Shown here piece by piece: positions 23,261-35,960 of a stretch of DNA of 64,000 nucleotides; the first letter of the stretch is position 1, and every line of letters starts with the position of its first letter. The position numbers and the translations under genes were made by a program. Source of the DNA: Lama guanicoe (lineage: Eukaryota); contig MU057344.1 of assembly GCA_013239625.1 (NCBI GenBank), positions 1,552,276-1,616,275 of the forward strand, read 5' to 3'. Below the pieces are notes generated by a model. The model did no database searches, was not told the origin of the DNA, and saw nothing but the letters and a program-made list of their open reading frames with translations.

Positions 23261-24232
23261 CCCTGCAGGCAGCCTGGTCACCAGCGTCACAGGAAATTCT
23301 CAGAGGTGTATGTGTGTGTGTTTCACAGGCGGTTTCAGCTTCAGTAGCTCGAGCCACAGGTAAGGCTGAGAAAACACTTCTAAGACATGGTCTGAAGAAC
23401 AGAGACCACATGCGCAGTGGAAGGAATCCGAGTCAGAGAACTTGCCCCTGCACGGAGGCCCTGGGTTCCCAGGCTGGAAAGGGCTCGCTCTAGAGCGTTT
23501 GTTTCTTTATTCACTCATCAGGTGCACATCCCTTCATTCACTCAGACACTTGTTTGTTTATCACCTTGTTAGTGTTTCTTGGCTCCCCCACTCATCAGAC
23601 AGTCATGCATCTTATCTGCCATCGGACGGTCGTCTGTTCCATCGCGGCTCAGGTGCGCGTGTTGTCCGGAGGCCGCCGCCTGCCAGGCGCCCGCTGGTCA
23701 CACTGAGCCTCCGAGTGGCGTGGTCAGTGCTGCTTCCCGAGCAGAGCAAGCAGAACTAAGTGTGAGCCGCCCTCTGGGAGCGCAGCCCACCTCCACCCTG
23801 AGAGGGATAAAGGACCAGCTTGGTGTGCGTCTCTCCCAAGGGCCCAGTCCGCCCGTTTCAAAGCTGTGGACTTGATCCAGTTTTCAGTGAGCAGCAGGCG
23901 GCCTCCTGAGGAAACAGGGCTTTGGCTCGCAACGAAATCTCTTGGTTGAGCTGGGGGCCGCAGTGGAATCGATCTTGAAAGTGCGTTGGTTCGGCTCCGC
24001 TGGTCCTTCTGCTCTGTGACAGTGGGGCTTGGTCCCCACAGTCTGGCTTTGTCCCAGCCCTCCCCAGGGGCTGCATGAGGCCATGTGCCACAGCAATGGA
24101 GAGACGGGGCTGCCTGCCCCCGTGGCCCACTCCACCAGCGCGGCCTCTCACTTCAGCATTTCAGCCACCAGCCAGCCTCGGTTCTTGGAGAATAAAAAGC
24201 CTGCAGGCAGCGGCACAGGGTGCCTCCGTGAA

Positions 24233-24684
24233 GTGTGTGCACGTGTTTACGTGTGCGTGTGAACATACTTGTATGTGTGCACGTGTGTGTGGATATGTAT
24301 GTGTGCGTGCATGTGTGTGTGCCTGTGCGTATGCCTGTGCGTGCGTGCATATATGTGCTTGTGTGTGCATATGTGCCTGCATTGTGTGTTTGTGCATAGG
24401 TGCATGCATACATGTGTGTGCTTGTGTGTGCACATGTGCATCCATGTATGTGTGTGCATGTGTTTGCATGCATGTACGTACTCGTGTGTGCACATGTGTA
24501 TGTGTGCACACATGCCTGCATTGTGTGTTTGTGCATATGTGCGTGCCGGCATGTGGGTGCTTGTGTGTGCACCGTGTGTGTGCGCGCATATGTGCATGTG
24601 TGCGTTTGTGCGTGCATGCATGTGCGTGTGTGCATATTGCATGCATGCGTGCTTGTGCGTGTGCACGTATGCGCGTGTGTATGC
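24233..24684. repeat. ~450-bp degenerate alternating purine-pyrimidine tract, (TG)n with TGCA/TATG variants
   Basis: Continuous gtgt/gcat/gcgt pattern. The internal block gcctgcattgtgtgtttgtgcata occurs at ~24375 and ~24514. Confidence 0.95.
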
Positions 24685-27600
24685 CTCACTGGGCAGCCAG
24701 GGCCCAGGCGCGCACGAGGGGGCGGGGAGGGTGTGCGTCTGCCGCTGCAGCCCTGCAGAGCCCCTCACCGTGGTGGGCAAAATGGACGCACATGACAGAG
24801 AAGACAATGAACGGCTCCCTACCTTGCCCTGACGGTGGGCGAGCTCTGCGGGTTGATTAGTCCTCACGGTGCCCCTGGACGTCGGTTTGGGAGTGACAGT
24901 AACAAGCCTCCCGAGGGCTCCGCTAATTTGCACTCCATTCACCGCCCCGTGAAAACCCGTCAGAGCCGCGGAAGAGCTGCGCGCGCTCGGCCTCATTCAA
25001 TGGGGGCGATCCGCTGGGAAGGGGCCAGTGTTCACAAAGCCCAAAAGAGCAAATTGGCGGAAGCTTTGTTCTTCCTCTTCCCTCTCCCTTTCATGCCGCT
25101 CGCACTAGTTAAGCTCCTCATTTGTCCCCGCCGGGCTCAGGGCTTGGGTCGCCCTCCGGCTGCCTTTTCAGGTGATCGCGACGTTCCCCACCCCCACGGT
25201 GGACGGTGGGGGCGGGGCGGCCCCCGGGGGAGCACCACGGGAACCTGCGAGTCCAGCTCGGACGGGGCCGCCGAAGCCCGTCCCTCCCTCGTCCTGGTGG
25301 GGTGGCCCCCCCACCCCGAGGTCCTGGCTGGAAATCCCTGCGCTTCCGGAGTCTTGAAAGACGGAGTGAAGGACAGCTTGTCCTCTGTCCTCAAGTTGCT
25401 GCTGCCTTACTTGCCACAATACATGGGCTCCACACAAATTAAAATTAACGAGGCAGGGTCCCTTTGGCTCCCACCCAACATGTGCTGTTCGGTCGCCCCT
25501 CCGCCTGGCTCTGTCCCCGCCCCCCGCTCTCTGTCCTCTCCCTGAAGCTAAGCGTCGAAGGAGCAGTTTTTAAGTATCCAGCTCAGTAAGGATCCTCTCC
25601 CTCGTCCCGGGGTCCCTGGGACCAGGGCCCCGGATGTTTGCTTTATTGAATCTCTCCAGAGACCCCAGCGCTATTCTAAAAGCACCTCCCCACAGAGCTG
25701 TGGGCGGGGAACTGGGAGGACCTCCTGGTGGTGGGACGGTGTCCCCTGAGGAAGGAAGGGGTCCCCCCCTCGTCCATGTGCCACGCGCTTCTTTGGAAGG
25801 TCCTGCTTGCAGAAGCCACCGCCAATCAAATCACATCCTCCTCTTGGGCAGCGCCTCGTTCTCCGGGAAGGGAGCAGCAGCGCCCAGGAGGCCAGCACAC
25901 GAGGATTCGTGGAGCCTCCGGTTCGCCGGTGGTAGGGAGGGCAAAGGAAGAAAGCACCCAAGTCTATGAATCAAACGTGGCAAGTCCATCAGGCCGTGGA
26001 TACGGCCATTTTTGCTTGATTTGCTGGCACAAATAACCCCACCCACTTTGCTGGGGGGGAGATGGCGGGGCCCGGGCTGCCTCAGCTTGGCTGCTGTAAT
26101 TATAAAATTGTGTTGGCTGTAATTTGCCGCTCAGGCTTGTCACGGGCGGGGAAGCCACAAGTGGGCCGGCGTGCACTGCAGCTCGGCTCAGGGGACGATG
26201 TTGTGCGGCGCCTTCCGGGGAGGCTGCGTTCACCTCCTGCGGGGGGCGGGCATCTGACCGGCCTCGGCCGCGGGCACCTTTCCTCTGAGGACTGGCCCGC
26301 GGCAAAGTGTGAGTTGACAGAGGCCATCTTTGTCCACTACTTGCTCCAAGCACCTCCTGCTCTGACCTCATATTTCCCCAGGGGGCTGAGGGCTCCCAGC
26401 AGGATCCTCTCTCCAGGTGGGGAAGCAGGGTTTCCGGGACGGCACGTCCAGCCAAGGTCACCCACAAACAAGGTCACAGACAGGCTGCAGACGGAGGACT
26501 CACAAGGCCACACGGGTGCCCTCCCACAGGGCCTCGCTGCCCCCCATTAACCCTGCAATTCCAGATCATTATCAAGGCCGCCTTCCTGGTACATTAATTC
26601 AGAAGCACGCAGAGCAGAGGGAGTGGCCAGCGAACCAGACCAAACGGCCAGGTGAGCTGTGCCCAGACACGTGTCCCAGTCTCGTGGCCACTCGGTCAGA
26701 CTGGTCTGGAACCCACGGTCACTCATCACAGCCCTCTTTTCTGGACGGCACACAGCCAGCCCGGTTGGGGGTGGGGGTGGTCAGCATCGCCCGGTGGAAA
26801 CGCTTGCCAGTAAAAGGTGTATTACTGCGGGGCACGTGAGCAGGGGAAGACGGCTCCCCTCTTACACCCGCCCACCGGACGTAAACCAGAAACGTCCAGG
26901 CCTGAGGTGAGCCTGACCCTGGCAGCTCCCAGCCCCACCTCGCCTTCTAAGCAAAAACAATGCCTTTCTCGGTCCAAACAGCACAGAGAGCCTAGAGCGA
27001 CGGTGGCCTTCAGGAGCTGATTTCCAAAGCCGGAGCGCTGAGCCCTGGGACCCTGAGGCCATGGCAGGCATCACCTCGACCTTCTCCTGCAGGGGCTAGA
27101 GGGGCGTCACGGGGCAGGGGAGCATCTTCAGGGGCGGGCGCCTTCGCCACGCTCTTCCTCCACAAGTAGTGGGTTAGGTCTGCCAAATGCTTTAGGCAAG
27201 AATCTCTGCCGAGGGGAGAGGGTCGCAACAACCTTGACCTTGACCTTGACCGAGGGGAGCCGGGCCCGGGCGTGCCCTGCTGCGGACGGGCCCTTCCCCC
27301 GCGGGTCCTGAGACCCGGGTGGTGCCCTGGGCGTCTGCCTCCCAAACCTTCCCTGTGGGCCCTGGGGTCTGGGAGGTCCGCACCGGCCGACCTACGCCTG
27401 GGCCCCGTAGGCAGGTGACGGGTTGGGCGTTGACGGTGCTCCTTTCAGCCAACTGGCTGTCATCACAAGGCCGCTCACAGACACCACCCCATCTGCTGAC
27501 CATCACTGCCATCAGTCCTGAAGCCCAGGGCTGAGGGGTCAGGGGCACCCAAAGGGACATCCCTCAAGGTGTTGTTTCCCGTCAGAAAGATAAGTAAGTA

Positions 27601-28139
27601 GGTAAACAGGGCCGAGCGGGAGGGGATGGAAAGGAGCAGAGCGAGCAGAATGGGCCAGGCCGGTTTTGCAGTTGGCGGGCAGCGTTTGGCCCACGTCAGG
27701 AGGAAAGTGCGTGTCTCGTGGACACTCAGCAGGGCCCCGCTGCAGCCACTGTCCACTCCGGCCCCTTGGGAGGTGTGATCCAGGCCAGCCCGCTTTAGAC
27801 GGGGGGACAGCGTGTTTGAGAAGGGAGGGTGGGGGGCCTGGCGTGGGTAGGTGGGCTACCCTGCCCATATCCCCCGTCCAGTGGCTGCAGCTGGCTCTTC
27901 CCCCGGCCGGGCAGGTGGGGGACCGGACCCCTCCCAGTGCCCTGTCCTCGGAGGACCCGCCGGGGCGCCTGTCCCCCTGCGCTGGTGGCCACAGCACGGT
28001 GCCTCCTGCCCCCGCCTGCCCTTTCCCACTGGGCGTGGAGGGATGGCCGTGGCCTTCTCCTGCCAGCCCCTGCCCTCCGCCTCGGGGCGCCCTCAGGCCC
28101 TCTGATGTCCCCTCGGCTCTCACAGATTCCACCCGAGCC

Positions 28140-28520
28140 CGCACCCTCATTAATCAACGTCAGGCCGGCATCGGGCAACAAGGGCCGCATTCTTCCGCGG
28201 CCCCGCGGCCCCTGCATCCCATTGTCCCGGCCGGGCCTGATGGCAGGGAAACAGCCTATGCAGCACATAAAAGAGATGAGACAAAAATGAAAAGAATCGA
28301 GGGAGAAAAAAGAGGAGGCATTTTTCCCCCTGAAACACTCGAATAAATACTCGGCAATGATAATTTAAATTATTCATACATTTATGAAAACATCCATTGA
28401 AAAGTGAAGTGTATGATGCCCTTTGTCTGTTTCCTTGTCTCTTGTTTGGGATTAATCTTTACTGTAATCCGGGCTGGCCATGCCCCCCTCACAAAGGCCA
28501 CACTCTCTTTCCATGGGAAA
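28140..28520. promoter_or_regulatory. Candidate conserved non-coding element (AT-rich island with SOX and homeodomain motifs)
   Basis: AT-rich, non-repetitive island with CATTGT (28220), CTTTGT (28421) and the palindrome ATAATTTAAATTAT (28360-28373). Confidence 0.5.
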
Positions 28521-31500
28521 AATGTTGCGGCATATCCCAGCGAGAAGCTGGGGGGTGTTTGTGCTGATGGGCAGTTGCCAGGCCCTCAAGACGCTGGACG
28601 GGCTACGTCCAAATAGTGCCCGATGAACAAAAAGCACAGAGTGGTTCTCACGTCCGTGCCAGTGCGGGGACTCGGGCTGGGGGCCGGCGGCGAGGGACGT
28701 TCAGAGCACGCGTGTGGGTCCCTGCAGCCCGGCCCCTCCACGCACAGAGCATCAAGCCCCGGGGGGCTGTGCTCGGGGACGCTCCCTCCCCGCACCCTGC
28801 GGGTTCCAGGGGGTCGTGTGGCCCACGCGGCTCCTGTGGGGCTGTCGCCTGCTGGGCCCGGCCCAGGTGGGCAGACCCCGTGCCTGTTGCAGACCATGTA
28901 GGTGGGCATCTCAGTGTCTCCTGGGGCCTGGAGGAGGGGCCACGGCCCACACCGTCCTTCGGCCACGTCTGGCCTTGTGGAACGAAGGCCTGAGCCCGAA
29001 ACTGGGGCCTAAGATGTTGCAATCATTCTCGCTGTCACAGAGGGTGGGACTGTGGCCAGCGGCCGTCAGCAGTGAACTGGAGCCGACAGATTGCTAATGG
29101 TCCATCCAGGGACCAGCGCCCACCGGCCGCACCGCCTCTCGGCCCCTCCCCACCCCTTCCTGTGGCCACCGAGGGCCCCGCCTGGGATCGCTCCGGGCTC
29201 CCCCACGCAGTAAGCCCAGCGTCCAGCCCTGCCTCTGGCTGGGAGGTTGCGGGGACAGGAGGAAGCGCTCCCGGCCCCGGGCCAGGGGTGTCGTTTGTGT
29301 AACATCCCCCTCCAGCGCTCCCTGGTCCACGTCTTGGTATTCTCAAAGCTCATTCCAAAACGAGATGAGGCCCAAGATGGAATTCTCCCCCACGCGGGAT
29401 TTCACTGGAAGCTGCGGTTTTCGGTTGTGAGTTGTCCGGCAGCAATTTGTTTTCCCTGGAAACGACCCAGGGTCTCCTTGGCTTGGTGGCCGGCGGGCCA
29501 GCTCGCCAGCTCGGGCGGCTCTGGGGCCTGGGGGTGCGCAGAGGCAGCTCCGGCGCTCTCGGTTCAGGAGGCCGTGTGGGGGCCTTCGGGCCGCCCCCGG
29601 CCCCCAACTCCTCCAGGCTTGTTTGGCCTGGAATGGGGGCTGAGGCCCCACGGGAATGGCCCTCCTGGCTGCATTTGGGCTTACGGCCTCTCCGGTTTGG
29701 GCCAGGTCAGAACCCAGAGGAAAACCACAGCCCTCTGCTCCTCGCTCGGGATGAGAATGACGGCCAGGCGTCACGGAAGCACAGGGGGGCCACTTGGGAA
29801 CTTGGCAAGGATGCGGCTGGTGCCAGGATCAGTTTAGGGAGGGGATCACGGAGTTCCAAACCGCCGCGGCCAGGCCAGTGACTTCTGAGAGCAAACTGTG
29901 TTCACCCGAGTCGCTGCTCCTCTGTTACCAGGTCCCTGAGCAGCTTTTTTTTTTTTTTGAACGTGGGAACATTCTTGAGAGGCTCAGCCTGCTTCCTCAC
30001 GTTCCCTGTAAGTTCCATTCGGGACGGCCGGGGTGCCCTCCCTCCTGCCCGGAGGTACCAGAGGTGCTGTGGGCATGCGGCCTCGCTTCCCTCTGCCGCC
30101 TCACCAGACAAGGTGTCTGGGGTGGCCTCGGCTACGCAACCCCGGCCCCCCCGCCTCCCCCCTCCTCGCCACCGACGTTGGGGTCTGGGAAGGTAGCCAA
30201 ATGCCACTGAGGACACTGCAGCAATAAATCATCCCTCAGCCAACATCTGCAGGCCCCGGGGCTAGCCCCTCGCTGCCACGGCGCTCCCCCACCGGCCCCC
30301 GCTGACAAAACACCTATTGTCGTGGCCGAGCGAAGAAGACTCGCTCCCACTGACAAAGGGCCTCTGGAGCCAAGTCGCGGGCTGCCAGCAGAGATGCCTG
30401 GCTCGCGGCGGGGAGCCCCCCGCACGGTCTTTCTTCCTCCCTGGTTCAAGCTTTTCCTCTCTCGTGGGGGTCCCCCAAAGCCTTTCATTCTGGCTTCATA
30501 TTCACATAAAGACATCAAGGAAAAAAACCCAGCAGAAAGAATTATTAGGCATGGCTGTCAAATGCTTTATCAGAGAAACAGGGAGGGGGAACACGGTAAC
30601 CCTTTCCGCGCTGGCCCGACAGGCCTGGCTCCTGAGAGACCCGGGGGACCGAGGTGCCCAGGGACTGGACACCAGTCGACACCACACCCTCGTGCGCATG
30701 CCCGCCTGCACGCCGACACACGCGTGCACGGACACAGGCCTGTTTGTGCACAGGCAGGGGGTGCCCGCGTCCATTTGTAAGCGGATTTCCGAGTCGCTGC
30801 ACTTGATCTGAAGGTCCTGGCCCGCTTTCTCGGGAAAGGGTGCTCTGACTCTTCCCTGTGGCTCCTTCGTTCTGTGTTCCAGTCAGCAGGAGAGGCCTCC
30901 TCCCCTTCTCCGCGCCGGCAGGACCCTCTGCCCCCTTTCACCGAAGCGCCTGGGCCATTTCCCCCTTGGAACAGAGGGGTGGCTGAAACTCCAAGTGCCC
31001 TGGGAGCCGGAGGACCGTCCCTCCCAGGGTGCATGCCAGGGTGGGGTGTGCCGTCCTCCGCACACTGATTCAGAAATCAGATAAGCCGGCTGGCTTTTTC
31101 GGAGAGTGTTCTGTACTCAGGAAAGGTGAGGGCAGCCTGGCTGTTAACCCCTGATTTTCTGCTTGCCTCCTCCCGGCCAAGGGCTGTCTCTGCAGCTCAT
31201 CCAACGATTTTGCCACCTGCCCAATTCTAATGGTTTTCTGAAGAGCGGCAGCGGCCCCGGGGCCCGGCTCTCCCCGAGAGGAGGCGCCCAGGACACGAGG
31301 GACATCCAGGTCCCAGGTGAGCAGCAAGGGAGGGCCGTGTCCGGCACACTGCAGCCACGAGGCCCCTTAGAATTTGTGGTAAGGGGCACCCCAGGGTGGG
31401 CAGCGCCTCGAGATGCATTTTCAACGCAGCCTCCTGGTGCACGGAAACCGAAAACCACATGCCGACAAACGGCTCCCTCGGCAAACATTTTTATTTCCAA

Positions 31501-33399
31501 TTAGCAAAAGAAAAATTGCTAATTTGCTGCAGTTGGACCAGGCTGACGTCTCAATCTGCAGAGTGTCAGTGCAGTGAAAGAAAACGTTTCACACTGTGCC
31601 GGCGAGAGCGAGCCTCTCTAAAGAGGGTCAGGGCAGCGGGCCCAGAAACCAGATTGACTGGCCACAGTGCTAAATTACTCACACAAGACACACATTGTCT
31701 GCCGGGCCAGCTCCCGGACGACCTGCTTTCCCATTCTTCCCCCTCGGAGCTGGGGCGGGGGAAGGGGTCCGAGCGTGGGAGGAGAGGGCGGGGGCTGGCG
31801 TGCCTCTAGGAGGGGGAGGCTCATCTTCGGGAACTGAGGGAGGCGGGAGCCGGGTTAATGATCACCCAGGCCTGTCTGCGGGGATCAGGAACAGGACGAT
31901 AAAATTCTCCCAGCGCCCGGCCGCAGATCTGCACCGGGGAGATTCCGTGGAAGATAATGGCCTCTGGGAGTTAATAGCTGAACAGGCCCAGGAGAGGGGC
32001 CGGCTCCACACTGCTCGTCAAGGACTAACCAGCCGCCCTCGCCGTGTCCCCAGCGGCGGCCCCAGCAGCTGGAGTGGGAGGTGGGGGGACCCCGCCTGGT
32101 CTCCCCAGCGTGGGCGAGCCTTAGGTGGGTGTCCCGGAACAACCTGTCTCCTCTGGTCTCAGGGACCTTGGGATCCAGACCCGGCCAGGGTTGGGGGCTA
32201 TCCTTGGGGAGGTAGGGAGGTGGCCGCGCTGGCCACAGATGTTTGGTGCCAAGGTAATAATGAACCTCTCTTGAAAACCACTGACCATGTAACCTCGGCT
32301 GGGAGAGCCTCCGGCGGGGCTGCCGAGGACGGGCGGGCCGGCCTGCGTCTCAGGCATGAGCCTCCAGCTGCTCAGACGGTCGCCAGTGTCCACGGGAGCG
32401 GGGGGCAGGCACTTGTCCTGAGCGTGGTCCGCGCTGGCCTCCATGCGAAGGCCTCGCTCTGTGTGTCCAGTCTGAATCCTCCATCCTCCCGGTCCACACG
32501 TGCGGAGCCAGGCCTCAGCACCTTGGCCGTCAGCCCGGGCATCTCACAGGCCTGATCTGGCTCAGACGCCCCTGCAGGGCCAGTCCAGGAGGTGCCTACA
32601 GGCCTCCCTCATGTCCTCTGCCTCTGGTCAGCTCGGTGAGCCTCAGGCCAGGTCACACCTGGGACAGCTCCAGGGCGGCACCAGCTGTCTTGGGCTCGGC
32701 AAGCCAGGACCTGCGGCAGGTGTCAGGGCTCCGGGCTCTGCCATCCTCGGGCCCTGCTGTCCACCTAGGCTGCCTGTGGTTCTCCTCAGCCTGGAAGGCT
32801 AGGTGGATGGGGATGTTTGGAATGAGCTGTTAGGTCTAATGGCCCAACCTCAAAGCAGTTCCGATGACGGAGCCCTGCAGCAGTCAGGCGAACAGCAGCT
32901 CAGTGGCAGAAGCAGGAGGCACAGAGGCCGCCCACTCACCTCCGCGGAGCCAGCGCTCAGCCCTGCTTAGAGAAGGTCCTTGCTGAGACCTCGTAGAGAC
33001 GGGTGGCCTGGGCGAGGAAAGACAGCTAGCTCGGCCCGGCTCCGCCCTGGGGGAGCCACCACGGTCCCAGCAAAGCCAGCGCCTGTCAGCCACTCAGCAC
33101 TCAGCGGGTCGAGGATCCACGCCGGCCGGGATGCTGGACCCCGGCAGTCAAGCCAGTCCGACTCCAGCCGGGGAGCAGCATTGTCTCACAGCCCAGAGTC
33201 CTCTAGGTGGATGGCAGTGATGGCTCAGGCCGGGGCCGGGCCTGGAATGGCCACTGCTGACACCTGCTTTAGGCTGCCACGTGCAACTCTGGCAGAGACG
33301 GAGACATTGGAGAAAGTGCTGGCCGGGCCCCACTGTCTCCAGCTCACTCTGATCTGTAGGGAAACAGCCCCTGGAAGACAGAAGCAGAGGCCCGGACTT

Positions 33400-33510
33400 G
33401 GTCCCTCCAGGTACTGGTGTGGTCTGCTGCTATGTGGCCTCAGACAAGCCACTTAACCTCTCTGAGCAGCTTCGCTGTGTAAGAGGGACAGTCGAGCTGG
33501 ATAATGTGTG
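33400..33510 (+). mobile_element. MIR fragment
   Basis: ctatgtggcctcagacaagccacttaacctctctgagc matches MIR GCTGTGTGACCTTGGGCAAGTCACTTAACCTCTCTGAGC. Confidence 0.7.
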
Positions 33511-35559
33511 GGACTTCTCTTGCGAGACGCAGAGAGCTGCTGGGTGCAGTGCCTTTGTGTGAAAAGGGGAAGAACGCCCAGGCCTGTGGGAGCCTCGCCT
33601 TGTGGGTGCCCTTCGTCCCGAGGGGACCCAGTGTGTAAGTGCTGTATTTCCTTCAGCAAAAATAAAGAGCCGCTTCCCGGGCCACCAACCGTGGCGAAGC
33701 CTGGCCTCCGACGGGCAGTGCGCGCAGCCCTGTTCCCAAGAAGCAGAGGGAGGGTGGGCACTTTGCCTCCGGCCCCTTCTCGCTGGCCCTGAGCTCTCCG
33801 GAGCCCCGGGGACACACACACTCTCACGGGCACAGGATGCACGCCAGCAAGGACACACGTGTGTGCGGTGTGCACCCACACGCATGTGCTGGCACGCACA
33901 CCTGAGTCCCTCCTGGAGAGCTCGCTCTCCCCTCACTCTGGCAGAAAAGCCCAGCGGGGGAGAGGACGGCACGGGAGCCCTCGCAATGACGACACCACCC
34001 TCTGTCCGCCGGCCCCCGGGGCCTGCTCTGTCCCCAGCAGGGGCCTGCGACCCTGGCGCTGGTGCCACAGGAGAGGAGGGTGGTCACGGATGCGCCCACG
34101 GGGCCCGGTCTCAGTGGCACAGGTGCCACGACCTTGAGCTCAGGTCCCGCGGGGCCCGTCCTCCGCAAAGCCAGCAGCCTGGGTGGGAGAGCTGGTGGCC
34201 GCAGACTTCACTGTCCGCTGGAGGCGAGCTGCCCGCCGCCTGCCGGTGCCTGCTCAGGAGGCTCAGGCTGGTGAAGCGCTTCCCGAGGGCCCGGGCCGGC
34301 CCGAGCGCTGGAGTCTTCCTTGTCCCAGGAAGGCATCTCTCCCGCCCTCCGCCACAAGGGGTGGGGGCTCTCAGCCCGTCACCAACCGCCCCTCCTTCCT
34401 TGGTGGGCTTCAGATGGAAACGGACACCTGCCGAGCAGCCCCGCTGCCCCGCGACCTGCTCTCGCCCCGGCTGCACTCCAGGATCTCCTGGGAGGTTCCA
34501 CAGACCGGGATGCTGGGCCCTCCTGGGCCACACCTGTTACATCGATGAGACGGGTTCGGGGGGCAGGCATCAGCGTTTTACAAAGACTCTGGGTGTTCCC
34601 AGCGTGGGGCTGGGGTCAGGCACCAGAGCCCTCAGTGCTGGGCTGTGCGGTTCTGTGCGTCTGACCCTGTCCACCTGGGGTTCCCTGGCCAGTGGTTCCC
34701 AAACCCCAGAGTATCTTGCATCTAAAGGGGCTGGAGGAAGTGCAGCTGCCCAGCCTGCCGTGGAAGCCGGCGGCTGGCTGCTCTCCAGAGGCGGGGCCTG
34801 AGGGGCGGACGGGCCAGCCCCAGAAGCCATGGCTCCCGGGCTCCCCGGAGCGAGCGGGGGCGCGGGACCACCTGCCCACAGGTGCGCGGCCTCTGCAGAG
34901 TGCCCGGATGAGGCCAAAATAAAGGCCTCTTTCTACGGCTAGGGCGCTACCGCGCAAGCCCAGCCCGGGCTGGCGCAGCTGGGGCCCGGCCGCCCGGCCC
35001 TGATTGTGGGCGCCATCGATTTTTGTGGAAGCAAACGTTCCTGGAGTTTATGACACCTGTTATCTTCTGAGAAGTGGAAGCAACTCAGATGAGCCGAAGT
35101 TCATCTTCTGGCCCCATGCTCCCCTCAGCCCGGGCGGCCCCTCCCCGCACTCTGGTACCCCGGCGCCTCCTCTACACATTTTTAAAAATCGTGACAAAAG
35201 GGAGAAAGCCATTCTGGCTGTCGAAGTGTGCGGTGTGAATGCGAGAATGAAACTGCTTGGAGTGTTTTTCCTTCAGCTCAAATGAAACTCATCCGAAGCC
35301 TGCCTCTCCTCTCGTGGGCTGCAGGAAGGCACGCCGGGAATCCGAACACTCGGACCGCACGGGACACCCCAGCCCCAGGGGCACATTGCTCAGACAGCCA
35401 CAGGCCAGTGCGCCCCGTCGCGGGCGTCAGCCGCGGGGCACAGACGTGGGACCAGAGCTGGGAACCAGCTCCCTCCCCACCTCCCCCAGGTCTGCACTTT
35501 ATCTTGTGGCTTTTCTCAACTCAAATGCTGCGAGCGGATGACGGAGGGTGCCGGGTTCC

Positions 35560-35960
35560 CAGGCCCATCAGAAGCTGTTCTCCCTTTTCCAAATATTAAG
35601 ATAAAAGGGTGTCACTTTGGAAAATGTTAAATATAATAGAAAATCCATTGCGCCAATCAAGAGATTTGTCTTTCGGGGAAGCTCTCGTGTGAGGGAAAGA
35701 GGCAGTAATACATCCGCCAGCTCTGCCCCTCGAATAGATAATCAATTTCCCTGAAAGCATCAATAATCAGGGTGGACGTTTATTGCCCCTTGGATGGTTT
35801 ATCTTTGGGGCCGGGGACAGCAGGGCCGTGATGAATACCAAACCTGCCAGGGAACACAATTCAATGCCGTGAGGATAAAGGATTTTATATCGTGCACAAA
35901 AAAGCAATCAGATTCATAATTGAACTCCATCGCATGAGATCGGCCAGAAATAAATATCAC
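35560..35960. promoter_or_regulatory. Candidate conserved non-coding element
   Basis: AT-rich unique island with repeated ATCAAT/AATCA, GATA and TTTAT words. Confidence 0.5.

Noticed and set aside
24075-24996. Cys/Val-rich and His/Thr-rich ORFs resembling metallothionein-like proteins
   Set aside because: They are translations of the (TG)n/(CA)n tract.
33602-34801. Longest ORF (399 aa) and similar long ORFs (19117-20262, 44863-45885, 12199-13086, 31695-32555)
   Set aside because: Pro/Gly/Arg/Ala-rich with no recognisable domain. Long stop-free frames are expected at this GC content and occur in all six frames.
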